The notes under the pieces: generated by a model
The model's input: the letters and a program-made list of their open reading frames with translations, nothing else
What the model was told of the DNA's origin: nothing
The model's database searches: none
From: Candidatus Bruticola sp.
GTDB lineage: Bacteria > Vulcanimicrobiota > Xenobia > Xenobiales > Xenobiaceae
DNA length: 17,369 nucleotides
Assembly (NCBI GenBank): GCA_051874735.1
Contig: JBJEGD010000009.1
Span: forward strand, 1 to 17,369
Direction of reading: 5' to 3'
Shown: positions 1-7,026 of the stretch, in pieces
How the letters are laid out: each line of letters opens with the position of its first letter
How positions within the stretch are numbered: position 1 is the stretch's first letter
Made by a program: the position numbers and the translations under genes

Positions 1-50
1 ACGAGAAAATCGAACTGAACAATGCGATAAACAATAATTTAGCGGCTTAG
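1..50 (+). CDS. hsdS: 3' end (5'-truncated by window) of a type I R-M specificity subunit half-gene, ending ...EKIELNNAINNNLAA*
   Basis: The frame starting at nt 3 reads EKIELNNAINNNLAA-TAG (48-50). This matches the conserved HsdS helix that follows a TRD (D-x-KIELN-x-x-IN-x-NL). Too short for the ORF track. Confidence 0.8.
   Translation, partial: EKIELNNAINNNLAA
28..41 (+). repeat. Left arm of a perfect 14-bp inverted repeat (TAAACAATAATTTA), putative inversion site in the hsdS conserved region
   Basis: Exact reverse complement of 701-714 (TAAATTATTGTTTA). Encodes (I)NNNL in the plus-strand hsdS frame. Confidence 0.85.
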
Positions 51-700
51 AGGTCGATGTTAGAGACATCAAGTTCGCCGGACATAAGTTTTGGTAACAG
101 CGAGTCTCTGATTGCTGTTAATTTTTCACTTTCGGTTTGATTAGCCTTTATCTTGGCAAATATCGGAGCAGCTACGCTATGAAAATCTATTAGTTCATCA
201 TCGGTTGGTACAACAAAAGGCATTCCTTTGATTATTTTTGAATTTACGGCTGTTGCGATTGATGATGTACTACCCATAGTTTGGTAATTAAAACACTTCA
301 AATAACAATAGAGATATTCATTTATTTCCTTTTTGTCAGTTTTGAAATGTGCTATCGCTTCATTGGTGGTCATCTCGCCATTTGTAATTGCTATTCTGCC
401 AACAGTGAGTTTGAAGCTAAGTAAAACCGTGTTATCAGGTACTATTTTAACATTATGACGGTCGACTGCTTCTTTTGTAAGTTGTTCAGAACTGCTACTG
501 ATATAGAGACCGCAAGTTCCCATATCTGAAATAGATACCCAAGTAACATCTTGAGGATTAGTGCTAAACCATTGCGGCTCCTTTCTCGGTGGCGTTTTAC
601 CAATAGAAATATCAAAGTATTCGTCAGCACGGCAAATTCTACGCTCATTGTTGACGGTATCGACAAATCTATTGCGATACAAAGTTTGCACTTGTTCCAA
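47..700 (-). CDS. hsdS: Inverted, probably silent hsdS cassette: one target recognition domain plus the C-terminal conserved region
   Basis: TRD features (GKTP, WVSISDM, LLSFKLTVGR, TNEAI, GSTSSIATAVN) and a canonical HsdS C-terminus (RDSLLPKLMSGELDV). The annotated TTG start lies immediately after the NNNL junction. No ATG or RBS exists before the in-frame stop at 746-748, so it is half a gene rather than a stand-alone one. Confidence 0.88.
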   Translation of the reverse strand: MEQVQTLYRNRFVDTVNNERRICRADEYFDISIGKTPPRKEPQWFSTNPQDVTWVSISDMGTCGLYISSSSEQLTKEAVDRHNVKIVPDNTVLLSFKLTVGRIAITNGEMTTNEAIAHFKTDKKEINEYLYCYLKCFNYQTMGSTSSIATAVNSKIIKGMPFVVPTDDELIDFHSVAAPIFAKIKANQTESEKLTAIRDSLLPKLMSGELDVSNIDL

Positions 701-714
701 TAAATTATTGTTTA
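701..714 (-). repeat. Right arm of the 14-bp inverted repeat bounding the invertible hsdS cassette
   Basis: TAAATTATTGTTTA on the plus strand. On the minus strand it encodes (V)NNNL, in frame with the cassette's LEQVQTLY. Confidence 0.85.
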
Positions 715-786
715 CTATACGCTTGCTCTCTGGAGATTGCCTGAACTAGGAATTATACTATGGTAAATCTTCTAGGAGCCCAAATA

Positions 787-3700
787 ATGCCAGGATTGTA
801 CTCTGAGGCCGCTTATGAAAATTCTATAATCGAGCTGTTTACTACACGTTTAGCCTATGAGCACGTATACGGGCCTGATATTGAAAGAGATTTATATAGC
901 CCCTTATATGAGTCAGTTTTGTTGGAGACTTTGCCCCGTTTAAACGTCGGCTTGCCGGCTGAAGCTTTCCAGGATGCTTTGTTTAAGCTGAAAAATTTTG
1001 AAAACGGAGAGCTGGTACAAAAAAATGGCGTCTTTATGGATTACCTGCAGAACGGCATCCCGGTGAGATACTTTGCCGGAAGAGAGGAAAGATCCTCAAT
1101 AGTTTACCTGGTCGACTATAAGCACCCGGACAATAATTCTTTTATTATTGCCAATCAGTGGACCTTTATTGAAAACAGTTGCAAGCGTCCCGATTTGGTT
1201 CTCTTTCTCAACGGTTTGCCTGTGGTAGTCATGGAGCTTAAGTCGCCTTCTCGTGAAGAAACTGACGCTTCCGAAGCTTACAGACAGCTGCGCAATTATA
1301 TGCAGGAAATTCCGGCCCTGTTTATTTACAATGCTATATGTGTTATGAGTGATCAGCTCACTTCCAAAGCCGGCACTATTACTTCCGGTGAAGATCGCTT
1401 CATGGAGTGGAAAACTAAAGACGGCAGTTATGAAAATACGCAACACGCTCAGTTCGATACCTTTTTTGAGGGCATTTTTCATAAAGAGCGGCTGCTAGAC
1501 ATTATAAAAAATTTTCTCTGTTTTTCTAATGAAGGGCTAAATTCGTTTAAAATTTTGGCCGGTTACCACCAATATTTCGCTGTAAAGAAAGCTATCGAGT
1601 CTACCAAACGGGCGGTCGGTTCCGATGGCAAGGGGGGAGTGTTTTGGCATACTCAGGGCAGCGGCAAATCGCTATCTATGGTCTTTTATGCCCATTTGTT
1701 ACAGGAGGCTCTATCTAATCCTACTATAGTAATTCTTACTGACAGAAATGACCTTGACTACCAGCTTTACGGACAGTTCGCTAAATGCAGCGCTTTTTTA
1801 AGGCAAACTCCCGAGCAAGCGGAGAGTCGGGAAAATTTGCGGGCTAAATTGGCCGGCCGACAGGCTAACGGCATTATTTTTACTACCATGCAAAAATTTT
1901 CCGAATCTCACGAGCCTCTTTCTGAACGGTGCAATATTGTAGTTATGGCCGATGAAGCCCACCGCGGCCAATACGGCTTGGCCGAAAAAATAAAAATTAC
2001 TGTCAACGAGGAAGGCCGAGAAGTAGCCAAGCGCGTGGTTGGAACAGCCCGCTTGATTCGCAACAGTTTACCCAAGGCCACCTATATCGGCTTCACTGGC
2101 ACGCCTATTTCCTCTAAAGATCGCAGTACTAGAGAAGTGTTTGGCGATTATATTGACATTTATGATATGACCCAGGCGGTAGAAGATGGAGCTACTCGTC
2201 CCGTCTATTATGAAAGTCGCGTTATAAAACTCCATCTCGACGAAGCTACTATGCGTTTAATTGATGCTGAGTACGATCTTATGTCCAACCGTGCCGATCC
2301 GGAAGTTATTGAAAATAGTAAGCGCACTTTAGGACGTATGGAAGCGGTTTTAGGTAACGACAATACTATAAATTCTTTGGTTGGCGATATACTCGATCAT
2401 TACGAAAATAACCGCGAGAACCTCTTGACTGGTAAGGCCATGATCGTGGCTTATTCGCGTCCTATCGCTATGAAAATTTACAAGCGCCTTTTGGAGTTGC
2501 GCCCTGCTTGGACTGAAAAAGTCGCTGTGGTTATGACTTCTGCCAATAACGATCCGGAAGAATGGCGCCCCATTATTGGCAACAAGCACCATAAAGACGA
2601 GCTGGCCAAAAAATTTAAAGATAACGGCAGTCCTTTAAAAATTGCTATTGTAGTTGATATGTGGCTGACTGGATTCGATGTACCTTCTTTAGCTACTATG
2701 TATATTTATAAGCCTATGTCCGGTCACAACCTTATGCAGGCTATTGCGCGTGTTAACCGAGTTTTTCGCGATAAAGAAGGCGGTTTAGTCGTCGATTATG
2801 TGGGTATTGCTTCCGCTTTAAAGCAGGCTATGAACGACTACACCGCCCGCGATAAGAAAAATTACGGCGATACTGATATCTCTAAAGCTGCCTATCCGAA
2901 GTTCTTAGAAAAGCTTAGCGTATGTCGTGACTTGTTCCATGGTTATAACTATGTTGGCTTCAGCCGCGGTACCGATTTAGAGCGGGCCAAAATAATCAGC
3001 GGAGCGGTTAACTATATTGTCGATCGTGAGAAAGTTTGGGAAAGGGATAATTTTGTTAAAGAAGCTCTCATGCTCCATCAGGCCCTATCTCTTTGTTCTT
3101 CTCTAGCTTGTGAGGCCGATCGCTTTGAAGCGGCTTTTTTTGAAGCGGTGCGTGTTTTAGTGGTGCGCCTAATTAATGCTGGATCAGATAAAAAAATTTC
3201 TTTGCCGGAAATGAACGCCCGTATTAATAACCTGCTTAAGCAGAGCATAAAAAGTGAAGGTGTGATTAATCTGTTTTCCGATATAAAGGAAGAGTTTTCT
3301 TTATTCGATCCGCACTTTCTCAATGAAATTTCCAAAATGAAGGAGAAGAATTTAGCCGTAGAGCTTTTAAAGAAATTAATTGCCGAACAAGTAGCCGTTT
3401 ACCGCCGCACCAATGTAGTTAAATCGGCTAAGTTTAGTGAAATTATGCAGCAGGTGGTTAATAATTATTTGAATGGACTGCTAACTAATGAAGAAGTTAT
3501 TGCAGAAATGCTGAATTTAGCTAAACAGCTGGCGGAAGCTCATCAAGAGGGGAAAAAATTAGGACTTACGGCTGAGGAGTTAGCCTTTTACGATGCGCTG
3601 ACCAAACCCCAGGCCATTAAAGATTTCTATGAAAATGAAGAGCTGATCGCTATAACTAAAGAATTAACTGAAACGCTGCGCCGAGATAAAACTGTAGATT

Positions 3701-3858
3701 GGCAGCGCAAAGAATCTGCTCGGGCTAAAATGCGCCGCTCTATTAAAAGATTACTCCGGGAGCATAAATATCCGCCTGAGGGTATGGAGGACGCCGTCAA
3801 AACCGTTATGACTCAATGTGAATTGTGGGTTGATAATAACGATCTGGAATCGGCTTAA
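787..3858 (+). CDS. hsdR: Type I restriction enzyme R subunit (system 1)
   Basis: Nuclease motif RPD-x13-ELK, QLRNY (QxxxY), Walker A HTQGSGKS, DEAH, GFTGTP, DMWLTGFDVP and QAIARVNR, with a typical C-terminal tail (AFYDAL...DWQRKESARAKMR). ATG 787 is preferred over 760 because AGGAG lies at 774-778. Confidence 0.95.
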   Translation: MPGLYSEAAYENSIIELFTTRLAYEHVYGPDIERDLYSPLYESVLLETLPRLNVGLPAEAFQDALFKLKNFENGELVQKNGVFMDYLQNGIPVRYFAGREERSSIVYLVDYKHPDNNSFIIANQWTFIENSCKRPDLVLFLNGLPVVVMELKSPSREETDASEAYRQLRNYMQEIPALFIYNAICVMSDQLTSKAGTITSGEDRFMEWKTKDGSYENTQHAQFDTFFEGIFHKERLLDIIKNFLCFSNEGLNSFKILAGYHQYFAVKKAIESTKRAVGSDGKGGVFWHTQGSGKSLSMVFYAHLLQEALSNPTIVILTDRNDLDYQLYGQFAKCSAFLRQTPEQAESRENLRAKLAGRQANGIIFTTMQKFSESHEPLSERCNIVVMADEAHRGQYGLAEKIKITVNEEGREVAKRVVGTARLIRNSLPKATYIGFTGTPISSKDRSTREVFGDYIDIYDMTQAVEDGATRPVYYESRVIKLHLDEATMRLIDAEYDLMSNRADPEVIENSKRTLGRMEAVLGNDNTINSLVGDILDHYENNRENLLTGKAMIVAYSRPIAMKIYKRLLELRPAWTEKVAVVMTSANNDPEEWRPIIGNKHHKDELAKKFKDNGSPLKIAIVVDMWLTGFDVPSLATMYIYKPMSGHNLMQAIARVNRVFRDKEGGLVVDYVGIASALKQAMNDYTARDKKNYGDTDISKAAYPKFLEKLSVCRDLFHGYNYVGFSRGTDLERAKIISGAVNYIVDREKVWERDNFVKEALMLHQALSLCSSLACEADRFEAAFFEAVRVLVVRLINAGSDKKISLPEMNARINNLLKQSIKSEGVINLFSDIKEEFSLFDPHFLNEISKMKEKNLAVELLKKLIAEQVAVYRRTNVVKSAKFSEIMQQVVNNYLNGLLTNEEVIAEMLNLAKQLAEAHQEGKKLGLTAEELAFYDALTKPQAIKDFYENEELIAITKELTETLRRDKTVDWQRKESARAKMRRSIKRLLREHKYPPEGMEDAVKTVMTQCELWVDNNDLESA

Positions 3859-3950
3859 GTTTTCGGCCGCTGCTGAATATTGTTAGTGCATAGTTACTTA
3901 AAGAAGTGAAATTGCGAATTTTAGTTTTAACTGTAGGAAGTATTGACTAA

Positions 3951-5708
3951 ATGATAAGCGGGAAAGAAAAGCAAACGAATACAAATGTTGCGGAAAAGGC
4001 CGCCCTAATTTGGAACGTGGCTGATATGTTAAGAGGGCCATTCAAGCCGCACGAGTATGGTCTTGTTATTTTGCCAATGACGGTAATAAAAAGATTTCAT
4101 GACTGTTTACTGCCTACCCATGAAGCGGTACTGGCTCTGCATGAAAAATTAAAGGATTTTCAGGTTATTGATATTTTTTTAACCGAGGCTTCCGGTTATC
4201 AGTTTTATAACACCAGTAAGTATACCTTTGATTTGTTGCTGGCTGACCCGGAAAACATTGAAGCAAATTTCAAGGACTATTTGCATGGATTCTCCGACAA
4301 TATTCAAGATGTGTTATCCAAATTTGATTTTGATAACGTTATTAAGAGGATGGTAGATAGTAATACCCTTTACCTTGTAATTAAAGAATTTAATTCCCAG
4401 AAAGGCTACCTCGGGCCGGATAAAGTTGGTGCTGTCGATTGTGGCTATATTTTTGAAGATTTAGTCAAGAGATTTTCCGAATCATTTGGCGAGGAAGCTG
4501 GAGCCCATTTTACCAGTAGAGATGTCATTTATCTTATGACTGACCTGCTCCTTTCTGATGCCGACTTGTCGCAAGGTGGCAATGTTACGGTTTACGATAT
4601 GGCTATGGGCACCTCGCAGATGCTTAGCTGTATGGAAGAGCGCATCCATGAATTAAACGGTGAAATAAAAGTTATTTGTTTTGGTCAAGAGTTTAATCCT
4701 TCAACCTTTGCCATTGCGAAGGCGGACATGATGATCCGCGGCGGCGCCCCTAATAATATGAGATTTGGTGATACCTTATCGGAAGATCAGTTTAGCGGTT
4801 ATCATTTTCAATATATTATTTCCAATCCACCGTTTGGTATTGACTGGAAAAGGGAACAGAAAGTGGTTGAAGCGGAGGCTGCCAAAGGTGAACTGGGCCG
4901 ATTCGCCCCCGGACTGCCCAAAATTTCAGATGGTCAGCAGCTATTTGTGCTTAATGGTTTATCAAAACTTGCTACCAATGGAAAGATGGCTATTATTCAG
5001 AATGGTTCGCCTCTATTCTCTGGCGATGCTGGCAGCGGGCCTAGTGAAATTAGAAGGTACATTTTAGAAAATGACTGGCTCGACGCAATTATTCAGCTGT
5101 CTACTGATATGTTTATGAATACCGGTATCAGCACCTATATTTGGATACTGAATAAAAATAAACCCGCCTATAGAGCCGGTAAGGTACAATTGCTTGACGC
5201 CTCGCATTGTTATGAAGCTAGAAGAAAATCGATAGGCACAAAGCGCAATGATATCACCGATCTTTGCAGAGAATTAATAGTTAGAGCTTATAGTGAGTTC
5301 AAACCTAATAAAATTTATGGCGACAAGTCGGGCATTTATTGTCACAGTAAAATTTTTAATTCTGAAGAGTTTGGTTATCATAAAATTGTAGTCGAGCAGC
5401 CCCAGAAAGATGAGCAGGGAAAAATAATTCTTAAGAAGGGTAAGCCGGTGGCAGATGCCAGCCTTCGCGATACTGAGAATGTACCTCTTACAGAAGATAT
5501 TGAAGAATACTTCAAAAGAGAAGTATTGCCATATGCTCCGGAAGCCTGGATAGATACCAAGAAAACTAAGGTCGGTTATGAGATTCCCATGACGAGATAT
5601 TTCTACGAGTATCAGGCACCTGAACCAACCGAAAAAATTGCTGCCAGATTGCATGAACTGGAACGGGATATTCAGAGCAGCTTAGCCGCTTTATTTGGGG
5701 GTAAATAA
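3951..5708 (+). CDS. hsdM: Type I R-M DNA adenine methyltransferase M subunit (system 2)
   Basis: N-terminal IWNVADMLRG, AGAHFT, motif I region YDMAMGTSQML, GQE, motif IV NPPF (4824-4835), MFMNTGISTYIW and C-terminal KVGYEIP. RBS-like AGGAAG upstream. Confidence 0.95.
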   Translation: MISGKEKQTNTNVAEKAALIWNVADMLRGPFKPHEYGLVILPMTVIKRFHDCLLPTHEAVLALHEKLKDFQVIDIFLTEASGYQFYNTSKYTFDLLLADPENIEANFKDYLHGFSDNIQDVLSKFDFDNVIKRMVDSNTLYLVIKEFNSQKGYLGPDKVGAVDCGYIFEDLVKRFSESFGEEAGAHFTSRDVIYLMTDLLLSDADLSQGGNVTVYDMAMGTSQMLSCMEERIHELNGEIKVICFGQEFNPSTFAIAKADMMIRGGAPNNMRFGDTLSEDQFSGYHFQYIISNPPFGIDWKREQKVVEAEAAKGELGRFAPGLPKISDGQQLFVLNGLSKLATNGKMAIIQNGSPLFSGDAGSGPSEIRRYILENDWLDAIIQLSTDMFMNTGISTYIWILNKNKPAYRAGKVQLLDASHCYEARRKSIGTKRNDITDLCRELIVRAYSEFKPNKIYGDKSGIYCHSKIFNSEEFGYHKIVVEQPQKDEQGKIILKKGKPVADASLRDTENVPLTEDIEEYFKREVLPYAPEAWIDTKKTKVGYEIPMTRYFYEYQAPEPTEKIAARLHELERDIQSSLAALFGGK

Positions 5709-5709
5709 T

Positions 5710-7026
5710 ATGAGCCGACCAATGAAGAATAGTGGTATTGAATGGATTGGGGAGATACCTGAGACATGGAGTGTAAGTATGTTTAAATACCTAATTGCTC
5801 AAAATGATGGTGGTGTATGGGGGGATGACCCAACTGGAGAGCAAGATAGAATTGTCTTAAGGTCAACAGAACAGACAGTTGATGGTAGATGGAGCATTGA
5901 TGAACCGGCAAAAAGAGATTTAAGAAAAGTAGCCAATCTTGAATATTTTATTTGTAAAAAAGATGATTTACTTTTAACTAAATCAAGTGGAAGTGATTTG
6001 CATATTGGTAAAACTACAATTGTTGATGAAGAAGTTGAAAGATTAGATTGTTTTTACTCGAACTTCATTCAGCGAATTAGGGTAAAAGATGAACACAGCG
6101 CCAGATTCTTTTGGTACATTCTGAATTCTATAATTGCAAGACAACAATTTGTATATTTGCAAAATACTACATCAGGTATTGGGAATATCAATGCAACGTA
6201 TATCAATCAGCTTATTGTGCCCAATATTAAAAAAGAAGAACAAATTGAAATAGCCAATTATCTTGACCAGCAATGTGCTCACATAGATGCAGTAATAGAA
6301 AAGACCAAAGCATCTATTGAAGAGTATAAGAAATTGAAGCAGGCAGTTATCACTCAGGCAGTCACTAAGGGTATTCGTGGTGATAGACCTATGAAGGATA
6401 GTGGTATTGAGTGGATTGGTGAGATACCTGCTGATTGGGAAGTAGGAATAATAAAGTATTATTTGAGATGGAAATCAGTTAAGGGAGAGCCTGATGCAAC
6501 TGTTCTTTCTCTATATAGAGACTACGGAATTATCCCTAAAGATAGTAGAGATGATAATCATAATGTAACTTCACTGGATACCTCAACATATAAGGTAGTT
6601 GACGAAGGTGATTTTGTAATTAACAAAATGAAGGCATGGCAAGGTTCAATGGGAGTATCTCATTACCATGGGATAATCAGTCCAGCTTATCATGTATGTG
6701 AGTTTACTAGTAATAAGATATATAAGAAATATTTTCATCATCTTATGAGAAATCATTTGTATTTACCAGAGTATGAAAGGCTATCGACGGGAATGAGAAT
6801 TGGACAGTGGGATTTGGGGTTTGATGACTTTAAGAATATTCCCTTTGTTATTCCAAGTCAGGAAGAACAGCAAGATATTGTGGAATACATAGAAGAAAAG
6901 TCTCTTTATATGGATAAACTTATAGAAAAGAAAACAGAATTTTTGAATGAATTAGAGAATTATAAAAAATCGCTCATCTACGAATATGTCACAGGTAAAA
7001 AGGAAGTGCCTTGCTTATGTCAGTGA
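5710..7026 (+). CDS. hsdS: Type I R-M specificity subunit S (system 2), full-length with two TRDs
   Basis: Duplicated conserved motif MK(N/D)SGIEWIGEIP, two variable TRDs, EEQ..I..YL..IE helices, AVTKG and EYVTGK. ATG 5710 begins 1 nt after the hsdM stop and is preceded by GGGGG. The 3' end overlaps the hsdR start. Confidence 0.95.
   Translation: MSRPMKNSGIEWIGEIPETWSVSMFKYLIAQNDGGVWGDDPTGEQDRIVLRSTEQTVDGRWSIDEPAKRDLRKVANLEYFICKKDDLLLTKSSGSDLHIGKTTIVDEEVERLDCFYSNFIQRIRVKDEHSARFFWYILNSIIARQQFVYLQNTTSGIGNINATYINQLIVPNIKKEEQIEIANYLDQQCAHIDAVIEKTKASIEEYKKLKQAVITQAVTKGIRGDRPMKDSGIEWIGEIPADWEVGIIKYYLRWKSVKGEPDATVLSLYRDYGIIPKDSRDDNHNVTSLDTSTYKVVDEGDFVINKMKAWQGSMGVSHYHGIISPAYHVCEFTSNKIYKKYFHHLMRNHLYLPEYERLSTGMRIGQWDLGFDDFKNIPFVIPSQEEQQDIVEYIEEKSLYMDKLIEKKTEFLNELENYKKSLIYEYVTGKKEVPCLCQ
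5717..6430 (+). repeat. 45-bp direct repeat within hsdS (5717-5761 and 6386-6430, 4 mismatches)
   Basis: GACC(A/T)ATGAAG(A/G)ATAGTGGTATTGA(A/G)TGGATTGG(G/T)GAGATACCTG. Encodes the two copies of the conserved region preceding each TRD. Confidence 0.9.
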
